DNA of 64,000 nucleotides, from positions 62,001-126,000 of the forward strand of contig DF236977.1 in the NCBI GenBank assembly GCA_000708835.1. Direction: 5' to 3'. Shown piece after piece: positions 38,780-50,400 of the stretch (positions are counted from its first letter, which is position 1; each line of letters begins with the position of its first letter). This DNA comes from Klebsormidium nitens (lineage: Eukaryota; Plantae; Klebsormidiophyceae). The position numbers were made by a program, and so were the translations under genes. The notes under the pieces were generated by a model. It was not told where the DNA came from, did not search any database, and saw only the letters and a program-made list of their open reading frames with translations.

Positions 38780-40599
38780 CTCAGCCCCGTCCTCGGATAA
38801 TCTATATCAGCAGCCCTGATTCACAGAACTGGCACTGGGGTCAGTGAGCATTTGTTGCTGAGGATTGCAGGCTCAGATCTAGCAGACTAGCTGGCCAGTG
38901 CCCCATAATGCCACCTTTGGACCCACCTTTGATCCAACTCTCAGAATTGGATGCTTGAAGCGTTCCTTCACCTTTAAATTCAAAGCTCACATGAGAGACC
39001 GCCCTGGTGGCCACCCTGCCAGCTTGCCCAAAGAAAAGGCAAACCTGCAATGCAATGGCAACATTACTACCGGTGTGCTTGAAGTTGGAAGAGACACTCC
39101 ATATATGGTGGCATAAAATACAAGATCGAGCTAGGGAGCTGAGCTGGACCAAGAGTCGAACTAGAGCGGGCCGCACTGAATAAGCTCCAAATTCTTCAAA
39201 GCGGGCAATGGACGTTAATCTGACAGTGACCGTTCAACCATTTGCACGTGCAGCTTTCACGGTTCGATGAGGGTGCCGAAAAACCCGGACACGTCCAGTA
39301 TACGATCCATACGCAACGTGAGCCATCGATACAGCGCGAAATTGATCGACGGCAAACATCTGGTATCAAGGCAACGGTCTACAATGAGCCACCTGGCAGG
39401 CGCCTCGCCCGAGAGTGGCTGCTGCGGGATCCCCCAGGACTCACGTGCTCCACTTCTATACGTACTCCACTTCTCCACTTCTACTGCAGGCTGTCCGATC
39501 TTGACCGATTCATTCATTGTCAAAACCTATATATACCGTAAAAGCAGATGGTCAGACGTACATGGTCCGGTCTCTTCCGATAGCTTATAATTAAACTTGA
39601 AAGTCCATTACATTAGTACGCGTACGGATCATCAGCGGCAACAGCTAGTAATGTGGACTCAACCATGGCGTCTTTTGCAGAGCTAGCAAAAACTATAGAC
39701 TACCGATCTGATCGATCATAAATGCATAAATCAATTGCAATTTTGGCCTCCAAGCGATACTGACATGTACAGCCCTTCAAGTCACGAATATATTTCCGGC
39801 TCCAGGTCAAGCAAATCCTTGAACCATGTCCACTTACGTGAGTCAAGCATCTCTCAATCTCAAAAATGGACGGCCAAAAGATCAGGCCATATCGAATCCA
39901 GATTTTAGATGTTTGAAGTGAAGCCAACGGTACCTTTACTTGAGTAAAGATGACAATCACAGACATTTTTGTAATACAAAATTGGTTCGTAAGCTGAGTC
40001 CAAATGCATGCACCGCGGCGCGCGTGCATACAACAGGGCTGGCGCGGTCTCAAGAATAGCAATGCCCGTTTGGGGGCCGTTTTGACATCAAGTGCCTCAA
40101 TAAGCGTCATTTATAATATCCACTATCAATCCAAGTCGAAGTGGCACGTCTGAACGTACCGATCATAGAATCTGAATTCCGAAGGATTCCCAAATTGCAC
40201 CTCACTTTTACGGACGTCTTTTTGAACCTACTGATTACAAGGTTTTGCACGAAGCGTTAGTTCACATGCAAACTCGTCATGTCTCTACTGAGTGCCGTCC
40301 GACCGAAGACCCTTTACAGAATCTCCACATTGATACCTGCATTACATGAAGGTGTCAAAGACGAACTGAAGAACTGTGCTGATTCAAGAAGCTTGCTCAT
40401 CGCTACTTCATGTGCTTGTGTGCTGTTCTGAGATGACACGCATGTTTGAGCAACTTGTCAGCTTTGTTTCACATACATTCGAAGATATACTCGGGGTTAC
40501 AGAGGAGGTTCGTCCGCTCACCAGGTTTGTTGACCGCCACCGTTCGATAGCAGATCAGACACCATCTGGTCGATCTTTGATCCAACCAGCACTACCTTC

Positions 40600-42830
40600 A
40601 CTACTTGCGCCTGGGAAGAGGAAGCAGATGCAATCTAGAGTCACAAACGGCTTGCTACACCCTTTTTCAGGATTGTAAAGCATAATCAAGAGTCATTCCC
40701 CTAAAAAGCTTGCAATGGATGCAGCACAATAACAAGCACACCAGCGTCTCACCTTTTTGTGATCTAATGGGACATTCCGCTTAGGAAGAAGGCCTCTAGG
40801 GGCTTCTGCTACACAAGCTCCCAGCAGAAGCACGTGCATCTTCTTTGTGCCTGCCAAAAATGGATCTACGAATTCACTCAGTATGTAATGCCTTGAAACA
40901 TTCATCCATTTTCAACTCATCGAGATGCTTCATTAGATCAAACGTTGCCGTTGCGTCCCGGAGCAAGCATAGGTCACATAAAATGGGTGAGCAAGCAAAG
41001 ATCTCAAGGCATGTCGAGCTTCTTTTACGTGCAGAATCCAGTGGAATGAAAGCACTTGAGTGCACCTCCGCACAGGGTTTTGAACCAGCTCCAGATCAGG
41101 ATCTACATCTGTCCATTACTGCACGTGTCAAACCAGCGAAATTGCACGTTCAGTTTCAGACGTACACAACAACGAATGCGCCAAAGTACAGGAAAGGGAA
41201 GTGCACGTACCTTGGATATTGCCTCCAAAATTCATCCGGCTTGCATTCATCACCAAGGCCCTCACTACCTGCACGTACCACTCTGGCCACTGATCATACC
41301 ACCCCAGCACAGAGAGTGGTGCTAAATCGAAATAAGTTCCTTAGAAGCCGTTGCTGTGCGTGAATTACCCTTTGCCCAGCCAGTTCGCAAACTCGTAGTT
41401 GGTTGCAAGGCATGTTTGTGTCTGCTCACCTTCTTGGCGATGATTTCAATCGGTTTCTGGACGGCGTCAAAATTCTCGTCCTCCCTTAATAGGCTTACAC
41501 TGAATTGCTCACGTTGACTGTCTGCAGGCTCAGGCTGTTCGCATATGCTGCTACTGTTGACCTGGATGGTCCCAGACTGTGAAGTGGATTCAATAGCATC
41601 TGGTTGCCTAAGCTGGTTCAGTACCCTAAAGTCGAACTGGTAGATGATGCTAGGGCGCAACAAGGACGGGCCAATGAGAAGAACGGCTGCTTTGGAATCT
41701 AACGCTGCAATGCTGGTGGCTGTGATTGCATCAAACATTTTTTCAACACCCGCAACGAACTGTAAAACCAGAGGACGGGGCCCTCGTCAAATCATCATGG
41801 ACACAGTATCTTAGTCTGAGTAGGCAGTTGCATTAGTGATCAGATTCCAGGACATTGCTGCAGCAACCTGTGCAACTTGGTTAAATCATAGCAGAGCCTT
41901 TGCTACTGCCTGCCACCAAGCGCAGCACTTCAACACTTGGTGGGAAGCAGCATCAGCGTTCGTATCCACTGTTACTTTCACTACCTTACACCTTGCAACC
42001 AGATGTGATGAGGTCCAAGTGCCAACCTTGTAGGTTCTTCGATCTGAGATCTTTCTGCGGGTGGTTCCGAGGTTCTGAGTAGATCCTGACTGCTGACATG
42101 TCGCTTTCAGTGTGTCGTAAATACTGTGGAAGGAGAAGAAAGTGATCAAATGCATGAATTGTTTCCCCTCTTGCAGATAGGGTGCGGTGAAATTATGGCC
42201 AATGGTTGTTGGATCATGAACGCGAGTATACCCATTAAAAGAGTGAGTCCCTGAATAACATCGTCGAATGTACTTGAGTAGACATTCCCACTTGGAGGGC
42301 AAAAGTGGGGGCTTAACTTGCACGTGGCAATCAAAACGAAGCAGATTGATAGACAGGGGCTGACTTTTAGCTTACCTTGGCGTCAACCCTTGGTCATACA
42401 AGCAGAACTTTACAAGCTCCTGAATGAGATGTGCAGCTGCCTCATGTTCGTAGCCAGAGATTCTGCTCTGCTGCGCCTCTGAAAGCTGCACCTCAACTTC
42501 CATACAGGCAAACTAGCTGAAAGTAACCAGGGGATGAATTTCAAAGCAGCAACAATTCTGCAATCATGTTGCAGAGCTAGAGACTGCGGATTCTCAGACT
42601 TGTAGATCAGGAAATGCAGAATTGCCAGCCATCTGCATCTAGCTTCACTGCAGGTCAAAAGGTGGTGACTTGGCCACGACTCTGGCAGCCTCAAGCGTGT
42701 CTTCGTCGTTGCGAGTGCAGATGGAAGCACTGTCACATGCCGTTCTGCTTTTCAAGAACGGCATCTTCACAAGAAATGCTTGTCCAGAGCTCTTATGCTG
42801 CATCTTCCACATCCAGCACATCTATATTTT
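40600..42830 (-). pseudogene. Degenerate hAT-like transposase relic
   Basis: Stop- and frameshift-broken fragments in hAT order: BED-like KYRCAGC...LDKHFL*RC (~42760-42820), VTVDTNADAA (~41950-42000), LELVQNPVRR...EARHALRSLLAHP (~40980-41110) and EFVDPFLAGTKKM (~40840-40880). The similarity is by eye only and boundaries are approximate. Confidence 0.4.
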
Positions 42831-43050
42831 AACAAAATTGGGAAGCGGCTGTCCCCTCCCTACTCCCTACTCCCTACTGACAGGCAGCCTAAAGTGCCTA
42901 CTCGCAGCATTAGGAGAGAACAGCCGCCACTGCTGGCACCACTGCCACCAGCATAATTTGCAAGCTGCAGCACCACCGCTGCGTGCAGTTGGTGGAGTCT
43001 GGTCTAGCATTGGTACTAGTAGTAGTACTACTAGCAAAGTTACCTACCGG

Positions 43051-43329
43051 TCCAAGGTAATGATTCCGAATAAATAAATAATTATTTGCATTCGGAAAAC
43101 CGAAGATTCGGATTTTACATTCGGAAAGTGGAAATCCGGAAAGATTAGTTATTTCTGAAATGGTCTTCGGAAGCCCGAAAACGGCCAAACTCGGCCTGAA
43201 AATCCCCTTTCCTAGTGAGAGCATAGGGCATTCGGATTCTTGTCGGAATCAGCATAAATAAATCCACTTTTCTGGTCGGATTGTCGGAAAATAATTCCAA
43301 TTAAAATCGTTCGGAATCATCACTTTGGA
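43051..43329. mobile_element. MITE-like non-autonomous DNA element with 20-bp terminal inverted repeats
   Basis: Left end tccaaggtaatgattccgaa versus reverse complement of right end tccaaagtgatgattccgaa (18/20). AT-rich interior with about a dozen TCGGA/TCCGA-type subterminal motifs. No clean target-site duplication. Confidence 0.7.
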
Positions 43330-43346
43330 TTATGGTAGTCTGCTGC

Positions 43347-43691
43347 CAGAGCGGGGACAAGGAGAATAAGTCTTCGCAGGATCGGAGCCGGGGACACTGT
43401 TGGGAAGGTGGTCACTGACGTCAGGCTGGGCTTTAGCCTTTGAAGTTGGATCTAACCGTCGATGATCTCGAGGAACTCAATCTGACGGTGGGAAGGACAC
43501 TCTGAGTGGGACCTGCACAGGTTGTGCCCCGGATTAGTCCCGAGGAAGAGCCGTCGATCCTGTGTCCAGGGAAGCATCAAGGGCTGAGAGCACCGCCCTG
43601 GGACCACACTCCGACAGGGTGACACCGTCCAATGGCAACAGCGCCCCCGGTTCCGATCTTGCGAAGACTTATTCTCCTTGTCCACGCTCTG
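43347..43691. repeat. Long inverted repeat (foldback), ~55-bp arms around a ~235-bp spacer
   Basis: Arm 43347-43401 matches the reverse complement of 43636-43691, including a perfect 24-nt core ggacaaggagaataagtcttcgca. Confidence 0.8.
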
Positions 43692-44425
43692 CCAGTGCTG
43701 GGTCTGTGCAGCTGGTTGAGTCTGATCTGTGCGCGCTGAAAACGCGCAGCTTCAGCCAGCTAGCTCCAGATATAGATAGGTAGCTTCAGAAGTCCAGACG
43801 GACCCCCGGGGCAGGGCCAGACCTCCTTGGAGAAGTCGGGTTTTTCTTGCCGAGGAAATGACCGGCTGTTAAAGACTTCAGCCTTTCAGGCTTCCTGTGT
43901 TGCTTGTCACCCTTTGTGGAATTTAGAGGCAGAGAAACGTCAGGCGAGCTGCTGCCGGTTCGCTTCGAAGAAGAGAAGCCCCCGGGCACGGCTCTTTGCC
44001 CCGGGCTTCGTGCTGAGTGGATAAAATGTGCTGGCAACGTGGCGCCTTGCGTTGCGAAGTCGATGAAATGAAGGGCTCACAAACCAGCATTTGAGCTGAG
44101 CAGCAATGCAACGCAGCTCAGCTTGACTTGCAACTTCTGCCAGCAGAATGTGGCAGAATGGTCGTCTCAGGTCGTCTTTCGTTTATAGCTGCAGCTGTGA
44201 TTCTGCCCTCAGAGGCGAAAAGGCTGGTCGTGGTTGTGGTTTGATGGGCCAAGCAACCAACTGTGCATTGAGTTGGTAATGGTGCTCACCACCGGTTGGG
44301 TTGAAGAGATTGTGCACGAGTTTTGTATCCAATTTGATTTTTAGTGAGGGTGCTTGAGTTCTCTGATCATCATAAGCAAGTCCTTGTTACTCGTCTTTGT
44401 TGCATTGCGTTGATCAGCGGGTAGG

Positions 44426-47400
44426 ATGGCGGGCGCCTCAAGCTGTGCGGTGGTAATGCAGACAAGATGTGTGGAGCTTGCATTTGCTGCTCCAAATAGA
44501 TTCCGACAATCTCCATCAGCTTCCCACCATGCAATGAAAACTGGCAGCAGCCACCTGTCAAGTCTTGGGAGTACCTTTGTGGGTAGTGCAATACATGCAG
44601 GCCAATCACCACAAAGCATGAGTAAGGAGACCACACGAATGTGGATCAGAATGTTAGCAGGACGACATTGCCTCTACTCTACGCTTGTTGCGAGGGCTTC
44701 CATGAAGGGACCTCATCTAAGGTCTCTTTTTAGTATTTTTAGGGGAAAAGCATCCAACAGTGTGCAGGTGCACACCTCTAGACATGTCAAAATACACTCT
44801 TGTAAATTCCTCACACAGTCATCTTCCATCCTGAAACGTATCGTCTGTTGACAGACTCTCTTGACCTGGCTCCCAATCCATGCCTGTAAGCCAGAGACTC
44901 CTACTGTCTCACCCTTTCCTGTTTTGGTGCTGACAGACTGCCGTCCCAAAAGGCTAGGTGGGGCCAGGGCTGCCATTGAGGAGGAGAATGCAGGCCGGTA
45001 CTCGAGAGAGGAGATAGAAAGGCAGCACAAGTTGCTGGCTGAAAAGATCGCATCCGGCTCTTACTCCGTGAAAAGAAGACCGTGAGCCGCCCAGTGCTGC
45101 GCGAACTCCTTGTTCCCTATTATCCACTGGCAGCAATTGGCACCTGCAACATCCAAGCTCTACATCGTTTTCAGCATTAGTACCTTTTGAGAGGACTGTT
45201 CAGAGCGGCCTGTCAATAATCTGAGTGGAACAATGGTACTTGATTTATCAAACATTTACTTGTCATAAAGCTCCCAGTGATCAACACTATACTGTGGGAC
45301 ATCAAGGCAAGTGTCTGGTTGAACTCATACAATTTAGAATGTCTGAACAGTCTGGTCCCCGACCTGACAATCTCTGCATTTCCTAGCACCATCGCTCCTT
45401 TCTCCTTTCTCCTTTGACCAAACACTTTGCTTCTCTTGCCTTGTTGCAAAAATCACAGCCTGCATTGATTGATCCATCTCGCACCACAAGGCTCTCTTCC
45501 TGCTGTCCTCTTCACACTTAGCGGCCTCATGTTTCTTTTCAGCCCTCCTTAGCTGTCCTTTTGTTCTGCCTTGATGCCACTCCAGCAATTCTTTGAATCA
45601 CTCACATTGATAAACATCAATCATGTTAACCCATGGTTCAACTCACTAACCCTGTTCCTGGGGTCCGCCACAGCCCCGGCGGCCTTCTCCGATTGCGGCG
45701 TGTGCTGGCGCGGGCTGGGCCCCCAGGCCGCGGCGCTGCAAAGCTGCTGGCAGACATCGAGCGCGGGTGGCGCCTCCTGGTTTCCGCCAATATGCCGGAG
45801 GCCCGGGGAGACATCCGAGAGATTGTTGGCCAGCCAGTGTTCGTGCCGCTCTACCGGCTGTTTCTGGTGTATGGGGGAGTCTTCCGCCTTTCCTTTGGCC
45901 CAAAGGTGAGGGTCGATTCGGGTCACAGCTTAATTTGTTTGACCAAAATCTTAAAAGTTCGGATACTGCAAAGGCTTCCTGTACTCCTTTCTCAAGTTGT
46001 CGTGTTTCTTGAACAGCAGATAACCTACTTCATTGAATTTCCTTTTAAGATGCTGCAGCAATGGTCTCTGTTCTGGTGATACTGACCGTTGCTCTGCTTT
46101 TCATGTGCAGTCTTTTGTGATCATTTCCGACCCACTCGTGGCGAAACAGGTTCTGTTCAAGAACGCAAAGAATTACTCCAAGGTGAGCAGAACCCTCAGA
46201 CAAAGGATTTTTGTGATGGATGGCCGCTGCTATTTTCTCAATCTTATGTGATGCCGACAACGTCAAAAAGAATTGCATGGGTCTCGACAAAAGATCTCTG
46301 AAAGTTTGAACATTTCAGCAGAGTCCATACCGAAAACAGACGAAGTGAGCAGGATTTGATTAAGAGACCATCCGATTGGTGGTTGTTTTCACTCAGGCAA
46401 TTCCTGTATCAAAATTGCTTGTCTTGTCCAAAAGAGCGTCAAACAGGCACTGTGACAAAAGTTGTGGCGGGGAGATTAGATCGGGACAGACCCGTTTACT
46501 AAGTTGTTTTCTGCTTACTTGTTTGTGCAGCTTGTTCAGGATTTAAACAACCAGCAGGTTGCAATCACCTAACTTGTCTTGTGGCTCGTCACCTCTAATC
46601 TGCCTTTGAAAACGATGAAAGCGTCCGTGTATGCTTTGCAGGGGATCCTGTCAGAGATTTTGGAGTTTGTCATGGGCACCGGACTGATCCCTGCTGATGG
46701 GGAGGTCTGGAAAGTGCGTCGGCGGGCAGTGGTGCCTGCGCTGCACAAAAAGGTGAGCCCCTTGGCAGCGTCACCTGAGACTTGGCAGCAAAGTCCCTAT
46801 TCCGACCAGAGAATCAATGCAGAATGACGAGGGACGTGAACATCGGTCATTCCAACGCTCGACTGTGTGAACAATGTGCTCCAGTGTCTTTCCTCGGAGT
46901 ATGACACAACCTGCCAATCGTATTCCGACAATGGCCATTGCACTCCAAGTTTCTTACTTCGAAAGCACCTTAGCTTCGCAAATTAGAGTTTCTTCAACCC
47001 CCAGCTGTTGGTTGTGCTTCAGATAGCGCTTGACAGCAATTCATTTCTTTGTCCAGTACGTGGCGGCCATGGTATCGCTGTTTGCTCGATGTGCGGACCG
47101 GCTAGGCGATAAACTAGAGGCGGCTCATAAGAAGGGCGAGTCGGTCGAGATGGAGTCCCTGTTTTCGAGAATGGCCCTCGACGTGATCGGCAAGGCCGTG
47201 TTCAACTACGAGTTCGACTCCCTGTCACACGATACTGGCATCGTTGAGGTGAGGGACTTGCAAACAGTCGACTTTAAATCTGGGCGCTTTCCGGTTAAGG
47301 GATGAGCCACAATGAGGCCGAACCTGGCAGAGGAGCAAAGCGAACAGCATAGGGGGAGATGTGGTTTGTTGGACTGTAGCTTGTTGTCTTTAAAGCGATC

Positions 47401-50400
47401 GTACAAAATCAGGTGCGAGGGGAACTGCAACGTTCTGAAAGGTCATTGGCAAAGCTGTTGACCCCTTTTAATAGCAAGGTACAAGCGCTATGATAATCTT
47501 TATTTTAGCAAGATTCTTGATCCGAGCTGAGGGATAACAATCAGAGTGCGATCAAGTTGACAAGCCTTATTCACATCCCGGCTTCTATATGACCAGAGAC
47601 GCTCCCGCTTCCGTTGAACTCGAGCGAACCCGGCTGTCGAACGTACGGTCTCGCGTCTTCGCAATCGAGACTAGATGGAACTACAAGCCAGGACTCTTCT
47701 TGGGTCCAGCACTGTTTGTGCACCACTGTCAAGAAAGCAAGAAGGCGCTTTCCTTCACGTACGAAGTCGGTTTCGAAGCAGGTTCCCTGATGCAAAGTTC
47801 CAAAGATTCTATCGACGTCGCCCATACTCCCTTCGACTTTGTCTCGGCGTGCCGTCTCCGCAATCAACGCCTCAAATCCTGAAAACCGAGCCACATATTG
47901 AAGAGTTCAGGCTTTGAGGTCCGTTTCTACGGCCAGTTAGCGTTGCTTAAAAAGACGCACTAAATCAAGCGCACTCCTTGTCCGCAGGCTGTATACGTAA
48001 CCCTGAAAGAGGCCGAGTACCGCAGCGTTGCGCTCTTCCCCTACTGGAAGGTCGCTGTCTTCAACTGGATCGTGCCACGGCAGCGCCGGGTAGCTGCCGC
48101 CCTCAAGCTCATCAACGCCACCCTTAACGACCTCATTGCGCAGTGCAAGGTGAGTCTGCGCCGGGCTGAAAACAAACTTTCTTCGTCCAGTCAAAGCTGC
48201 ACGTCAACACCGGAATCTTAAAGAACGGGGCCGATTGATGGAATTGTCGTGGAAGGCAAACCTTCTGCACCTCGTTTCAGTCGTGAAGGCTCCTTCGTGA
48301 GACCGTAAGAAAAGACAGGACATCCAAGTTGGTATGCTCTGGATGCTTTATCCCGCATACGTCTGAGCGAGTACGAGGTTTCTCTCGTTTGTATTCAACA
48401 ACCGGTATGCCTGGTTTCGTCGTACTTTTGCTGGGTGCCATCGGTAAGCCCAACCGAAGCCTATGGTGGGTGACCCCTTTGAAACTCCAGCTTTCAAAGC
48501 AGTTTTTTTGTAGGACAGCCTTTACCTACTCAAGATTTCCACGTGACGAGCCATCCCGGCAGAGTCCGTAAGGGAGATGTTATTGTGACTCGAACATAAT
48601 TGCGTGTTCAGAGGAGCTCGCATCACGAGATACATTCCGTCCGCTTGTGATCTTCCTTGTGTGAATGTTTCAACCTTTCGCTAACTCTGACACCTCAAGA
48701 GCAGCTAAGGCTGGCGAGGCAACTTCAAGTTCGTTGCCGATATTGCCTGCCTGCTTTCCTTCTGGCTTACAGTGCATCCTACTGCCCAAGCATTTGCTCG
48801 TCGTCTGCGTTAACCTGCCTCCCCTAACCCAAGTTTGCACCGCATGGCCTACAAGGACACAAATGTCCACGATTAGTTCTCCTTTGCAGACCTTTTTTCA
48901 CTCGTTTTCCTGAATCTGCACACCTTTCCTGTCTTCTGCTGACCCACTCCCTTACCCCGCACCGCCCGCAGCACCTGGTCGACGAGGAGGACGGCGAGTT
49001 CCACGTAAGGAGTTCCAAATGAGGAGTTCCTTTCGCGGATTCGTCTGTAAAGCAAACTCTCGAAACCATAATCGTGCCCTCCGACCCGCTTCATAACCCG
49101 CAAACCGTATGGCGCATAGTTGACGAGCAGGACGCCGGGTTCCCCGTGCGATTTCCCTCACGCAGACCCATGTGACAGTCGAATTTCCCGAATCAAACCA
49201 TAAACTCTCTGGCTTCGGCTGACCCGTTTCCCTGACCCGCAAACCTTCAGCGCATGGTGGACGAGGAGGACGCTGAGATTCACGAATAGTTTTCCTTTTG
49301 CAGACCCGTTTTTGAATTTGCAAACTCTTCGAAACAACAAATCCGCCACGGTGTCTGCTAACTCAATTTATAACTCGCAATCGCCAGAGCGCATGGCCGA
49401 CCGGCAGGACGCCTGCTTCACGCTTTTGTGCAGACCCGATTCAAAATCAAGTTCCCCAAAGTGCAAACCTGCCACGGCTACTGCTAACCCCCTTCTCACC
49501 TCAATAACCCCTACAGCGCATGGTTGACGAGGAGGAGGCCGAGTTCCACGAAGAGTTCCCTCTCGCAGACCCGTCTTGTATGTCGAGATCTTGCAAACCA
49601 CATTCCTGCCTGCTAACCCGCTTCTTAACCCGCAAACCCTACAGCGCATGGTCGACGAGGAGGAAACCGAGTTCCACGAGGAGTACGTGAATGCGGAGGA
49701 CCCCAGCATCCTGCGTTTCCTCCTGGCGGCCGGGGACGAGGTCTCGAGCAAGCAGCTGCGGGACGACCTCATGACCATGCTCATTGCGGGGCACGAGACG
49801 TCTGCCGCGGTGCTGACATGGACGACGTACCTGCTGTCGCAGGTGAGAGCAGCTGGCCTCTTATTAACTTGAGTGTGGTGACTTGAGTGTGGTCGTGGTG
49901 ATCGAGACTGCAGAATGGGCTGTCCCATAACTGGGAGCCTGGTTGTGTGGCAATGGCTGGGGCTTGTGAGGAGCAACACGTCGGAAAATGTAGAGTTTTG
50001 AAGTATTTTGAGCAGACTCGGCTGCCGACTTGTTCTGTTGGCGGTTGGAACGGCGGAGGATGCAGTGGAGAAAGACTGACTACAGCGAAGTCTCTTTTGG
50101 TGTTTGTGCTGCACGCCTGCAAAGAGGACATGAGACATTGGATCCTTGATCAGACAATGCGCATGCCCGGCTTGTACGGCGGCGTTGAACGGTCATCATA
50201 CGACCTCCGGACCTTGCAATCATACCTGGAGTCTTTTTTGCAAGCATTTGAGCTAGAGGGAGATAGTTGCTCACTTCTCAGTCCATAATGTGGGCATTTA
50301 TTTGTATTTTGTTAGTAGGTAGAATGTTTCAATTCATGTACGATTTTTCACGATCGAGGTTCCGGTAGGTTCCTGTCTCTGTTGATTTACCAGCGTGTAT

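Noticed and set aside
47571-47894. Antisense 107-aa ORF inside CYP97A intron 6
   Set aside because: No motif or splice support; within the range expected by chance.
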